Positions 15,471 through 25,054 of a stretch of DNA of 41,378 nt are shown here, piece after piece. The stretch's first letter is position 1. Each line of letters begins with the position of its first letter. Under the pieces are notes generated by a model. It had not been told where the DNA came from. It was given only the letters and a program-made list of their open reading frames with translations, and made no database searches. Where the stretch lies: positions 1 through 41,378 of IMG/VR virus record IMGVR_UViG_3300005980_000006. One strand, given 5' to 3'. Both the position numbers and the translations under genes were made by a program. The DNA comes from a virus. Lineage: Duplodnaviria; Caudoviricetes.

Positions 15471-17462
15471 ATGAATGCCGTGTTTGATGGCAGGGTAGCC
15501 TATGCCAATCAGTACGCGGCAGGCCTACAACCTGATCCTCCGCTTTGGATCAACCAGTGGGCGGAAGAATACATGCGTATTCCTCCCGAAAACGGCGCGG
15601 AACCGGGCAAATATAGTTGCGATCGAACTCCCTACGCTTTGGAAGTGATGCAATGTCTGTCGCCTGAGCACCCTTGTAAGCGCGTCGTTTCTAAGGTCGC
15701 GTCGCAGTTGATGAAAACTCAGGTCGCGTTGAACTGGATCTGCGGTAGCATTCATCATGCGCCTGGCAATATGCTTGCGCTTCTGCCTTCGTTAGGGCTG
15801 GCCAAGCGTGTCAGTGGTCGTATCGATAAAACGATCAAGGCCGTACAGGTTGTTCAAGATTGTGTGGCGCCACCGCGTAGCCGCGATAGTCGCAACACGC
15901 TAGATACCAAAGAGTTTAAGGGCGGAACACTTTACATCACGACCGCTGGCAGTGCTGCGAATTTGGCCGAGATTCCGGCTCGTTATATTTATGGCGACGA
16001 AGTAGATCGCTGGGCGACGAATGTCGACGAAGAGGGTGACCCAATCGAACTGGCTGAAGCGCGTACAAGTACCTACGGTCGTAATGCTAAGATTTACTAC
16101 ACCAGCTCTCCGACCTTGGAAGGAGCAAGTCGCATCGATGACTTGTTTCAGTCCAGCGACCAGCGGTATTACTTCGTGCCTTGCCCGCATTGCGGACACA
16201 TGCAAGAGTTGGTTTGGGAGAATGTGAAATATACGGCCGATGATGGCTACAGCTATGCGTATTACATCTGCATTGAGTGTGACAGCGTCATCGAAGAACA
16301 TCATAAAACAGCGATTTTGAAGGCCGGAAAATGGGTTGCCAAAGCGCCTGGCGATGGCGAAACAGTTGGCTTTCAGCTGTCGGCGCTCTATGCACCGGCT
16401 GGCTGGATCAGCTGGGGCGCACTTGGAAAGCAATACGATAAAGCGAAAGCCGCTTTAGATCGCGGCGATCCTGAACCGATGCAAGTGTTTTACAACACCA
16501 GGCTTGGCTTGTGTTGGGATATGGCGCAAGAGCGTACCAGCGCGGACGAGCTGAAAAAACGTGCCGAACGTTACGACCTGCGCAGCATCCCCGATAAAAC
16601 GCTGGTATTGACTGGGGCAGTTGATGTCCAAGGCAATCGTCTAGAACTAAAAATTGTTGGATGGGGGCGTTGGCTCGAATCATGGATTGTCGATTATGTC
16701 GTCATCCCTGGTGATCCTGCTGAGCGCAGCACATGGGACAAGCTCGATGAGATTTTGCTGACGCCGCTCATGCGCAGTAATGGTAGAGAAATGAAAATCG
16801 AAGCCGTTTGTATTGATTCTGGTGACGGTAATTCTGTTGAAGAAGTATATGCATTCGTGCGTAATAAGCGGCACCGCAATGTAATTGCTATTAAGGGGCA
16901 AAGTCGCCCTAATAAACCAGTGATTGCTAGCCGTCCGGGTAAGGTTGATATTAATAAGCGCGGTAAAAAAATAGAGCGCGGGGCTGAATGGTGGATGGTT
17001 GGTACAGATACAGCGAAAGACTGGATCTATAACCGTCTAAAATTTACAGCCGGTCCCGGTGCGATTCATTTCAGTGATGATTTGTCTGCGGATTACTTTG
17101 AGCAAATGACTGCCGAACGCAAGATTACGCGATACGTTAAAGGTTTTAAACGTAGTGAGTGGGTCAAATCAAAAGCGGCGCGAAATGAAGCGTGGGATTT
17201 GATGGTCTATAACCTGGCTGCAGCGCATTTCCTCGGTCTGCATCGTTGGCGCGAGGCAGACTGGGATCGACGGGCAGAAAAAATTAATCCATCGCAGCAA
17301 GATATCTTTGCGCCGCCACCTGCAATTCTGGTGCCGATAACTGAGGCGGATGAGCCAGAACCACCGCCAACGCGACCAAAAACAGTATTAACACCACAAG
17401 TAAATCCCGACCAAGCGTCGGGATTTGTCGTTTACCAATCAACGGATTCTGATTATGGCTGA
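15471..17462 (+). CDS. terL: Terminase large subunit (lambda gpA family)
   Basis: ASQLMKT Walker A variant, YGDEVDR, SSPT, CPHC, CIDSG, RNEAWD. Confidence 0.96.
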   Translation: MNAVFDGRVAYANQYAAGLQPDPPLWINQWAEEYMRIPPENGAEPGKYSCDRTPYALEVMQCLSPEHPCKRVVSKVASQLMKTQVALNWICGSIHHAPGNMLALLPSLGLAKRVSGRIDKTIKAVQVVQDCVAPPRSRDSRNTLDTKEFKGGTLYITTAGSAANLAEIPARYIYGDEVDRWATNVDEEGDPIELAEARTSTYGRNAKIYYTSSPTLEGASRIDDLFQSSDQRYYFVPCPHCGHMQELVWENVKYTADDGYSYAYYICIECDSVIEEHHKTAILKAGKWVAKAPGDGETVGFQLSALYAPAGWISWGALGKQYDKAKAALDRGDPEPMQVFYNTRLGLCWDMAQERTSADELKKRAERYDLRSIPDKTLVLTGAVDVQGNRLELKIVGWGRWLESWIVDYVVIPGDPAERSTWDKLDEILLTPLMRSNGREMKIEAVCIDSGDGNSVEEVYAFVRNKRHRNVIAIKGQSRPNKPVIASRPGKVDINKRGKKIERGAEWWMVGTDTAKDWIYNRLKFTAGPGAIHFSDDLSADYFEQMTAERKITRYVKGFKRSEWVKSKAARNEAWDLMVYNLAAAHFLGLHRWREADWDRRAEKINPSQQDIFAPPPAILVPITEADEPEPPPTRPKTVLTPQVNPDQASGFVVYQSTDSDYG

Positions 17463-17682
17463 TCTCTCGACACTACAAAATTACTTAGCAGCAGCTGAAT
17501 CTGCCCTGCACAGCTTGCAGACTGGCCAGCAGGTCGTCGAATTTGATCGCGGAGGTACCAAGATTCGCTATACACCCGCTCAAGTTCCGCAGCTTGAAAG
17601 CTATATCGCCAAACTGCGTTGCCAGATCGCTGCATTGAACGGATCTGGCTCGCGTCGCCGTGTCATTTATCAGCAGTGGTAA
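17455..17682 (+). CDS. Head-tail joining protein gpW
   Basis: AAESALHSLQTGQQVV...IRYTPAQVPQLESYIAKL; between terL and portal. Confidence 0.88.
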   Translation: MADLSTLQNYLAAAESALHSLQTGQQVVEFDRGGTKIRYTPAQVPQLESYIAKLRCQIAALNGSGSRRRVIYQQW

Positions 17683-17684
17683 AT

Positions 17685-19298
17685 ATGAAAAATCGACATA
17701 AGAAAAAATCGACTATGGCTAGTGCAACGGCTGTAGTTCCCAGAGCAATGGGAAATTTTCCGGCGCATACCGGTGCTTCGCGTACCAGCCAGCAACTTGG
17801 ATCGTGGCAGCCTTACCTAGGTTCAGCGGATACCGATACGCTGATGGATCTGCCCGCACTGACATCCCGTAGCCGTGATCTAACTCGGAACAATGGCATC
17901 GCTGCAGGGGCAATTCAAACAAAAAGCGATAACGTTGTTGGAATTGGCTTGCGACTCAATGCAATTCCTGAATGGAAGCTACTCGGCAAAACGCAGGAGT
18001 GGGCATCTGAGTGGGGACGTGATGTTGAGCGACGTTTCCGTTTGTGGGCAGAAGGTACAGGGTGTGACGCAGCCCGCGAGCGCAATTTTGCTGGCTTGAC
18101 GACCTTAGTTTACAAATCGCGGCTCTTCAATAGTGATGCACTTGTTTTGCCGATTTGGCAACCGGTTCAAGGTGAGCAATTCGCTACTCGCCTATTTGTG
18201 CTTGAGTCTGACCGACTGTGTAACCCGAATTTTTCGTTTGATACACAGTCGAGACGTGGTGGTATTGATATTGATGAGTATGGTCGGGCACTGTACTACA
18301 ACATCCGTACCACACACCCGGGCGACATCTTTACCGGATCAATGGCTCCAGGCGTATGGGAAAAAATCCCAGCGACAACCGCGTGGGGACGCAAGCGTGT
18401 CATTCACTGGGCATCTAAAGATAGACCGGGTCAGACGCGAGGCAAGCCGATTTTTTCATCGGTTATGCAGCAATTCAAAATGCTCGATCGCTATGCAAGT
18501 GCTGAGCTCGATGCCGCGACAGTGAATGCCATGATTGCGGCATTCATTGAAACCCCGATGGAGCATGAAAGCCTGGTGGCTATGTTCGACGGTGATGAAT
18601 CAAAAATCAAGCCGTACATGGACACTAAAGCAGCCCCACAGAATCGGGCGCGTCTAAAAAGTGGTGCCATTGTTCCATTGTATCCAGGCGAAAAGTTATC
18701 GGCTTTTAATCCAGGACGCCCTGCAGCTGGTTTTGCTTCGTTTATGGAATCCGTTTTGCGTCATATTGCAACCGGATTGAATCTGCCCTACGAGTTGCTG
18801 CTGAAAGACTTCAGTAAAACGAACTACAGCAGCGCTCGTGCAGCCTTGCTCGAAGCCTGGCGCTACTTCCGTTCCGAGCGGCAAGGTCTGACTGATTACT
18901 GGGCCAAGCCGGTGTATGAGCTGTGGCTGGAAGAGGCGGTCAATGCAGGTATCGTCGAAGCGCCAGACTTTTACCAGAACAAGGCTGCATATTGCCGCAG
19001 CCGTTGGATAGGTTCTGGTCGTGGCTGGGTCGATCCTGTCAAAGAAGCGCAGGCCGCAGAAATTCGCATGGATGCAGGGTTATCGACGCTCGAAGCGGAA
19101 TGTGCGGAACAGGGTCTCGACTGGGAAGAAGTCTTACATCAGCAGGCGCGTGAAATGCAATTGCGCAATGAGCTTGGTTTGCCGATGCCAGTACGAACTA
19201 AACCGCCACCGGGTGAAGTACCGGGTGACGCACCGGAACCTGATGATATGGAAGTCAATCCATTGAATCTCCAAGAACCAGAAAGTGAAGAGGACTAA
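17685..19298 (+). CDS. Portal protein, lambda family (start MKNRH)
   Basis: RSRDLTRNN, RPGQTRG, DFSKTNYSSARAALLE, GWVDPVKE. Confidence 0.96.
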   Translation: MKNRHKKKSTMASATAVVPRAMGNFPAHTGASRTSQQLGSWQPYLGSADTDTLMDLPALTSRSRDLTRNNGIAAGAIQTKSDNVVGIGLRLNAIPEWKLLGKTQEWASEWGRDVERRFRLWAEGTGCDAARERNFAGLTTLVYKSRLFNSDALVLPIWQPVQGEQFATRLFVLESDRLCNPNFSFDTQSRRGGIDIDEYGRALYYNIRTTHPGDIFTGSMAPGVWEKIPATTAWGRKRVIHWASKDRPGQTRGKPIFSSVMQQFKMLDRYASAELDAATVNAMIAAFIETPMEHESLVAMFDGDESKIKPYMDTKAAPQNRARLKSGAIVPLYPGEKLSAFNPGRPAAGFASFMESVLRHIATGLNLPYELLLKDFSKTNYSSARAALLEAWRYFRSERQGLTDYWAKPVYELWLEEAVNAGIVEAPDFYQNKAAYCRSRWIGSGRGWVDPVKEAQAAEIRMDAGLSTLEAECAEQGLDWEEVLHQQAREMQLRNELGLPMPVRTKPPPGEVPGDAPEPDDMEVNPLNLQEPESEED

Positions 19299-19300
19299 GA

Positions 19301-20599
19301 ATGCGCTATCCGCACTTATTTAGCCGCTTGTATAACACACCTTTGATGTTGCATCCGGATAAGGCAGCGCTTATCGAAAGTGTGTTTCGTAGTTATGCCG
19401 GCGCAATTGCTGCTGACGCGCAGGATCTACCGCGCCCTGCTGCAGCTACGTTTTCCACATCGCGTGGCGATAAGCCGTATTCTCTGAGCGATGGCGGTGT
19501 AGCAGTCATCCCTGTCATGGGGACGCTAGTTCAGCGTGCTAGCAGCCTCGATGCAATGTCGGGCATTACATCGTATTCGCGTGTTTCCGGTTTGATCAGT
19601 AATGCGCTAAACGACAACGATGTTCGAGGAATCATTCTCGAACTCGATAGTCCTGGCGGCGAGGTCAATGGTTTGTATGACCTGGCTGATTCGATTTATG
19701 CCGCTCGCAGCGTTAAGCCGCTGTGGGCAGTTGCCAACGAATCGGCTTACAGCGCCTGCTACGCAATAGGTAGTGCGGCCGACAAGCTATATATGCCACG
19801 CACAGCCGGAGTTGGCAGCATCGGTGTCATTGCTATGCACGTCGACCAGAGTAAGCGCGATGCCGCACAAGGTTATAGCTACACGTCGATCTTCGCCGGC
19901 GACAAAAAAAATGATTTCAACAGCCATTCACCGCTCAGCGACAGTGCGCTTGCAGATTTGCAGTCGCAAATCGATCGTTTGTACAGCATGTTTGTTGAAA
20001 CCGTTGCGCGCAATCGCGCAATATCGGCCAGCGTTGTTACAGCGACGCAAGCTGGTGTGATTTATCCGCAGCAAGCAGTGGATGAAGGTTTTGCAGATGG
20101 TATCGCTACACTGCAGGACACCATCGAAATGTTAGAAGCAGAAGTTAAACCCCAACCCGTCCAAGTCGCGTCCTTTGGCGCACATAGAAAGGAAACTCGC
20201 ATGTCTCAAGAAGCGAACCCACAAAACGCCAGCGCAGAAGCTCAGGCTTTGATCAACCAAGCACGTGCCGAAGGCATCCGCACCGGCGCGACGCAAGAGC
20301 GTACGCGTATCAGTGCGATTATGCAGAGCGAAGAAGCGAACGGTCGCGAAGCGATGGCGCAGACGTTTGCACTCGAATCTGATCTTGATGCCGATACTGC
20401 AAAGAAGCTGCTGGCAAAATCGCCAGCAGCAACGGCAGCGATAACGGCCTCGAGCAGCTTTCAGCAAGTAATGGCAGCGGTGCCTAACCCAAAAGTAGGA
20501 GCATCGTCTGATGTAGGTCAGGACTTGACACCAGAGGCTGAAGCACAGATGTTGGCGCAAAAAATCCTCGGTGCTGGCGTTCTCAAGAAAATCAACTAA
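19301..20599 (+). CDS. S49 head maturation protease (gpC-like) with C-terminal scaffold
   Basis: DSPGG, AYSACY, VGSIGV. Confidence 0.94.
   Translation: MRYPHLFSRLYNTPLMLHPDKAALIESVFRSYAGAIAADAQDLPRPAAATFSTSRGDKPYSLSDGGVAVIPVMGTLVQRASSLDAMSGITSYSRVSGLISNALNDNDVRGIILELDSPGGEVNGLYDLADSIYAARSVKPLWAVANESAYSACYAIGSAADKLYMPRTAGVGSIGVIAMHVDQSKRDAAQGYSYTSIFAGDKKNDFNSHSPLSDSALADLQSQIDRLYSMFVETVARNRAISASVVTATQAGVIYPQQAVDEGFADGIATLQDTIEMLEAEVKPQPVQVASFGAHRKETRMSQEANPQNASAEAQALINQARAEGIRTGATQERTRISAIMQSEEANGREAMAQTFALESDLDADTAKKLLAKSPAATAAITASSSFQQVMAAVPNPKVGASSDVGQDLTPEAEAQMLAQKILGAGVLKKIN
20201..20599 (+). CDS. Nested in-frame scaffolding protein (Nu3-like)
   Basis: Strong internal RBS AAAGGAA before in-frame ATG (MSQEANP); same arrangement as lambda C/Nu3. 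Confidence 0.7.
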   Translation: MSQEANPQNASAEAQALINQARAEGIRTGATQERTRISAIMQSEEANGREAMAQTFALESDLDADTAKKLLAKSPAATAAITASSSFQQVMAAVPNPKVGASSDVGQDLTPEAEAQMLAQKILGAGVLKKIN

Positions 20600-20664
20600 G
20601 GTTTGGCAGTATAAATCGTCGTTTTTCAACTCAATCATTTCTTTCTTCGTTATAGGGGATTTAC

Positions 20665-21051
20665 ATGGATTTAAATACACAAGCTGGCATGCGTACCGAC
20701 GTGTACACGCCAGATCGTTTGATTGCCGGACCATCCGATGACATTGTTGGTAAAGGCATTACTGTGCTAGCAGGTCAGGTTCTGCAGCGCGGTGCTGTGC
20801 TTGGCATGATCACTGCGTCGCGCAAATACGTGCTGTCTCAAACCGCAGCTAATGATGGTTCGCAAAACCCTAGCGTTGTGCTCGCACAGGACTGCGATTC
20901 GACGGCAGGTGATATTCAGGGACTGGCTTATTTAAGCGGAACGTTCAATAGCTCTGCTTTGATACTCGGTACAGGTCAAACTACTCAGTCAGTTACCGAT
21001 GCGCTGCGTGGCCTGTCGATCCTGATCGTCGACACCATTGGCGGCGTCTAA
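20665..21051 (+). CDS. Head decoration protein (gpD-like)
   Basis: YTPDRLIAG, LQRGAVLG, DGSQNP; position before the capsid gene. Confidence 0.9.
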   Translation: MDLNTQAGMRTDVYTPDRLIAGPSDDIVGKGITVLAGQVLQRGAVLGMITASRKYVLSQTAANDGSQNPSVVLAQDCDSTAGDIQGLAYLSGTFNSSALILGTGQTTQSVTDALRGLSILIVDTIGGV

Positions 21052-21076
21052 GTTTTCCTTCAGACTCAACCTAATG

Positions 21077-21110
21077 AAACGCCTCGTTTTCTAACGGGGC
21101 GTTTTCTTTT
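21077..21110 (+). terminator. Terminator-like hairpin
   Basis: AAACGCCTCGTT...AACGGGGCGTTT plus T-rich tail. Confidence 0.65.
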
Positions 21111-21128
21111 CCTATTTTGGAGAAATAA

Positions 21129-22157
21129 ATGCAATTCAATATGTACAGCTCAATCGTGCTGGCGAATGTCGTCGCCTATCTTCCGCAAGCACAAACTTTT
21201 TTTCTCGATCGCTATTTTCAGAAAGAGCAGCGCAGTCAAACTGAATTGATTGCTTTTGACGTTGAAGGCGGTGCCCGTCGTATGGCTCCATTTGTCTCGC
21301 CATTAGTACAGGGTAAGGTAGTTCAAGGTAAAGGTTTCTCGACTAAAACTTTTGAACCTGCCTACATCAAAGATAAACGTGTCTTTGATCCGACCAAAGC
21401 CCTCAAACGTTCCATCGGCGAGCAGATCGGAGGAACCTTATCGCCAGAAGAACGTACGCAAATTAATTTGCGTAGTGAATTGGAGGATCAAGTGGCGATT
21501 GCTACTCGTCGCCTGGAGTGGATGGCAACGCAAGCACTATTGACTGGCAAAGTACTTGTTGCAGGCGAGAGTTATGCACCAGTGGTAGTTGATTATGGCC
21601 GCAATCCGGCGCATACCATTGTCAAAGTGGCGGGGTCTAAATGGTCCGATGCAGGTGTTAACCCGCTCAATGACTTACAAGATTGGGCACTTGGCCTAAT
21701 TTTGAAAAATTCTGGAGCGATGGCGCGCGATGTAATTATGACGACCGATGTATGGGAAGTCTTTCGCGAAAATCCGTTTGTACAAAAGCGCTGGAACTCA
21801 CTCAACCCCAACAACGCAAAATTAGCACTTGATAGCGTTGCCGAAGTCGGTGGCGTGTATATGGGTACGATCGACGGCTTTAATATCTTTGTCTATGCCG
21901 ACTGGTATGTTGACCCATTAGATAACATCGAAAAACCGATGATTCCAGCAGGTACGGTATTGATGTGCGGTGCCCAGGTTGAAGGCGTTCGCGCTTTCGC
22001 GGCGATTCGTGATGAGGCCGCGGGCTTCCAGGCGGTACCTTTTTATCCAAAATCTTGGGTCGAAAATGATCCATCTGTGCGCTATCTGTTGATGCAAAGT
22101 GCTCCGCTGCCTTATCCATCTCGGCCAAACGCATCGTTGTCCGCGACAGTTCTTTAA
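21129..22157 (+). CDS. Major capsid protein (lambda gpE family)
   Basis: MAPFVSPLVQG, FEPAYIKDK, RRLEWM, MQSAPLP. Confidence 0.96.
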   Translation: MQFNMYSSIVLANVVAYLPQAQTFFLDRYFQKEQRSQTELIAFDVEGGARRMAPFVSPLVQGKVVQGKGFSTKTFEPAYIKDKRVFDPTKALKRSIGEQIGGTLSPEERTQINLRSELEDQVAIATRRLEWMATQALLTGKVLVAGESYAPVVVDYGRNPAHTIVKVAGSKWSDAGVNPLNDLQDWALGLILKNSGAMARDVIMTTDVWEVFRENPFVQKRWNSLNPNNAKLALDSVAEVGGVYMGTIDGFNIFVYADWYVDPLDNIEKPMIPAGTVLMCGAQVEGVRAFAAIRDEAAGFQAVPFYPKSWVENDPSVRYLLMQSAPLPYPSRPNASLSATVL

Positions 22158-22238
22158 TTGCTCAGACGCTGTCTGACGCATAAAAGCTTTTAAACCAAAT
22201 GATCGGAGCGCCAGGCGGCAACGTCTGGCGACGAAATT

Positions 22239-22529
22239 ATGAAAATTATTCCCAATATCACGCTGCAAGATGGTCGCGACTATTACCCAGGTGGCGTCGA
22301 AGTTGATGTTGACGATGATGTTGCTCGAGATCTAGTTGAACGTGGCTTCGCAGTTTTGGCACCTGGTGCGGCATTTAAATCGCCAAGAGCTAATGCTAAA
22401 AGAACGACGATCAATACAACTCAACCGTTGCTAGATACAGGTAATACCGCCAATTCGGTCCCAGATGACAGTGATCCCGTAACTGGTTCCCAAGAGCCTG
22501 ATACGTCGCAAAGCGGCGCTCAGTCGTAA
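22239..22529 (+). CDS. Possible DNA-packaging / FI-like protein
   Basis: Position after capsid; ARDLVERGFA motif with disordered tail. Confidence 0.55.
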   Translation: MKIIPNITLQDGRDYYPGGVEVDVDDDVARDLVERGFAVLAPGAAFKSPRANAKRTTINTTQPLLDTGNTANSVPDDSDPVTGSQEPDTSQSGAQS

Positions 22530-22846
22530 TGTCTGGGGATGTATGGCGGCAAACTGTCAAGGATGGCTTTAAGCGTTTAACAGACTTTGCAGGTGTGGAT
22601 GCGTTATTTACCGATACCACTGGTACCGTGTTTGAAGCTCGTGTACTGTTTTCGCAACCATCCGCAGATGTTCTCGGCGCAATGCAGATCAGCGACGAGT
22701 ATGCGATCGAGTTCGATCCTGATGATTTGCCTAGTTTGAAGCATAAGTCTCCGATAACCGTAGATGGTTTTAGGTTCACGGTTCGTGAGGCTCCAAAAAA
22801 TACCGACGACGGTTTTACCCGTCTGGCAACGTTATCAAAGGAGTAG
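22529..22846 (+). CDS. Head-tail joining protein (gpFII-like)
   Basis: Size, position, ITVDGFRFTVRE...DDG motif. Confidence 0.75.
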   Translation: MSGDVWRQTVKDGFKRLTDFAGVDALFTDTTGTVFEARVLFSQPSADVLGAMQISDEYAIEFDPDDLPSLKHKSPITVDGFRFTVREAPKNTDDGFTRLATLSKE

Positions 22847-22848
22847 GC

Positions 22849-23055
22849 ATGTCACTTTTCATCATTACCGATGGTGAGTTCATTATGGATGATCGATCGA
22901 GAAAAATAGTTGGCGAGCAGATCGAGCTGGCCGACGACATTGCTGCGCAGTATTCAAGTCGTCTACAGCGGGTCGTCGAGGTCGCTAAGGTAGTTGTTGT
23001 ACCAGATATGCAGCGAGTGAGTGAATCGGAAGTCATGGATCCGGTGAAATCATGA
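22849..23055 (+). CDS. Hypothetical virion protein
   Basis: GGAG RBS, coupled in the late operon. Confidence 0.65.
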   Translation: MSLFIITDGEFIMDDRSRKIVGEQIELADDIAAQYSSRLQRVVEVAKVVVVPDMQRVSESEVMDPVKS

Positions 23056-23486
23056 CAACTGTCCCACTTACTGAGCAAATCCTAGAAGCGATCAAGTCTG
23101 CACTTTGTACAGTTCCTGGAATGGATCAATCAGTCTACAGATCACGTGAAGAAGCAATGGACCGCATTGAATTACCTGCGTTTGTTGTCATGCCAGATGA
23201 AGAGGAGACTAAGCGTTATTCTAGTAACACCGATCACAATACGTTTCGGTTTGAGCTGCGCATCTTAGTTCGTGGAGATGTCTGGGATTCTGTAGCGGCT
23301 CCTCTTGATCTACAAGCTGATCGAGCGATTATGCTCAGTTCGGAGGTGGTTGCGATGGTCGATAACATCCAACGTAGCGGTTCACGTTATAACGGAGCTA
23401 ATGCTGATCTTACCGCTGGCGAACAGGTGATTCGTTATCAGGCGACATACCTGACGAATGTTTATGACAGATCGTCGCGTGTGTGA
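23052..23486 (+). CDS. Tail terminator protein (gpU-like)
   Basis: EQILEAI...VYRSREEA...ELPA motif; precedes the tube gene. Confidence 0.75.
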   Translation: MTTVPLTEQILEAIKSALCTVPGMDQSVYRSREEAMDRIELPAFVVMPDEEETKRYSSNTDHNTFRFELRILVRGDVWDSVAAPLDLQADRAIMLSSEVVAMVDNIQRSGSRYNGANADLTAGEQVIRYQATYLTNVYDRSSRV

Positions 23487-23510
23487 ATAGTCTGTATTCA
23501 ATTAACTAAC

Positions 23511-23537
23511 ATCCCGCAGAAGCGGGATTTTTATTTT
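23511..23537 (+). terminator. Terminator-like hairpin
   Basis: ATCCCGC-agaa-GCGGGAT plus T-run. Confidence 0.65.
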
Positions 23538-23550
23538 CTAAGGAAATACT

Positions 23551-24303
23551 ATGCGTAACTTTGGTTCGGGCGTCGCCTGGGGAACTCCCGGTCTCGACGC
23601 TTACGGTAATGCTTATGCGACGCCTTCAGCGTTTCAGTTTGGCATTTTGCAGGATATCGGCATCGATATGTCTTTCGATGAAAAATTCATGTACGGATCT
23701 GGTCAGTTTCCTGTTGATATGGGACGGGGGAAGGGCAAGATTAGCTTGAAAGCTAAGTTCGGAAACTTTAACGCATTAGCTTTTAGCGCGGCGTTTTTTG
23801 GCATTCCAGCTGTACCTGGTCTGATCACATCGAATAATGATCTGAATGGAATGATAATCACAGCGCAGCCGACAGTTATCGTTCCCGGCGCTGGACAAAC
23901 CTTCTTTGCAAACCTGGGTGTACGATCAGATGCGAATGGCACACCGATGATACGCGTTGCTGCTAATCCTGTCTCTGGTCAGTACACTACTGATGGTAAT
24001 GGTAGCTATTCGTTTGCCGCTGCGGACGTGGGGAAATTAGCTTTCTTCGATTACCAGTTGCTGAATGCAACATCTGGTCAATTGTTGACGATGCGTAATA
24101 TGCTGATGGGTACAGCACCAAGCTTCCGGCTGGATTTCTCGATGCAGCGTAATGGTAAAACATTCACCTTAAGTTTCCCGAAAGTTGTGAGTAACAAACT
24201 CGCTCTGTCGACGAAACAAGATGACTTCATGATCCCCGAGATCGATATGTCAGCTCTAGCTGACGATAACGGTTTCGTCTTCAAGTGGAGTGCTTCAGAA
24301 TGA
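23551..24303 (+). CDS. Major tail tube protein
   Basis: FGSG start, FGILQDIGID, KQDDFMIPE; position; strong RBS. Confidence 0.8.
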   Translation: MRNFGSGVAWGTPGLDAYGNAYATPSAFQFGILQDIGIDMSFDEKFMYGSGQFPVDMGRGKGKISLKAKFGNFNALAFSAAFFGIPAVPGLITSNNDLNGMIITAQPTVIVPGAGQTFFANLGVRSDANGTPMIRVAANPVSGQYTTDGNGSYSFAAADVGKLAFFDYQLLNATSGQLLTMRNMLMGTAPSFRLDFSMQRNGKTFTLSFPKVVSNKLALSTKQDDFMIPEIDMSALADDNGFVFKWSASE

Positions 24304-24791
24304 AAATTCTATTTAGAATTTGGGCTGGTTTGGTCTGGATTTTTACAGGCGGCAATGATGATTCTGTACAGACGTGTGCAGGGCAGACGCCTCCAGTGCG
24401 CAGTCCACCGTCTCCGGAAATATCCTCGAAAACTGACGAGCAATCAGTTGTACATGTGCTTAATGTGCCAGGGGATACCGTAGAAATTGGCGGAAAGCAG
24501 TGGATACTTGCCCCGCTTAATGCTGCCGCAACAAAGCAGTATCAGAGACAAATTCGCGAAGTCGGTATCGGTGCACTCCCTGATGTAGAGCTTGTTGCTA
24601 AACTCGCCTACATGTCCTTGCGCCGAAATTATCCAGACATCACAATCGAATATGTTGAGTCGATTGTTGATTATGGAAATTTCCTCAAGATTTGGGAGAC
24701 CTTGCTTAACGTAACTGGTTTAGTTGCTCAAGCGGGGGAGATGATGCGGAGAATGCAAGTGCAAATGGAGGCGGCGGGCTTGAAAGCCTGA
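24300..24791 (+). CDS. Tail assembly chaperone (gpG-like)
   Basis: Between tube and tape measure; SLRRNYPDIT motif. Confidence 0.75.
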   Translation: MKILFRIWAGLVWIFTGGNDDSVQTCAGQTPPVRSPPSPEISSKTDEQSVVHVLNVPGDTVEIGGKQWILAPLNAAATKQYQRQIREVGIGALPDVELVAKLAYMSLRRNYPDITIEYVESIVDYGNFLKIWETLLNVTGLVAQAGEMMRRMQVQMEAAGLKA

Positions 24792-25024
24792 TCGCGCATA
24801 TAGTCGCTTGCACCGGCTGCACTCCGCAGCAAGCTTGGAGCGAATGGGATATCCCTTCGCTTCGAGCTCAAATCGAGTACTGGCGGATAAGGCCACCTGT
24901 ACACGAACTAGTTGCCGGTTATATGGGGTATGAAGCTCCTGAGCCACGCAACAATCAGTCCAATCCGCAAGGCAGCCTGGACGATCTTTTCAGTATGTTC
25001 CCCCCGCCCGATGGTCTCCTATGA
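24734..25024 (+). CDS. -1 frameshift extension of the tail chaperone (gpGT-like; not in ORF track)
   Basis: Slippery G GGG GAG 24734-24740; -1 frame open to TGA 25022-25024 (LIAHIVACTG...YWRIRPPVHELVAGYMGY). Confidence 0.7.
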   Translation, partial: GGDDAENASANGGGGLESLIAHIVACTGCTPQQAWSEWDIPSLRAQIEYWRIRPPVHELVAGYMGYEAPEPRNNQSNPQGSLDDLFSMFPPPDGLL

Positions 25025-25054
25025 GCCTATCGGGCTTTTTTATATGGTGCTCCC

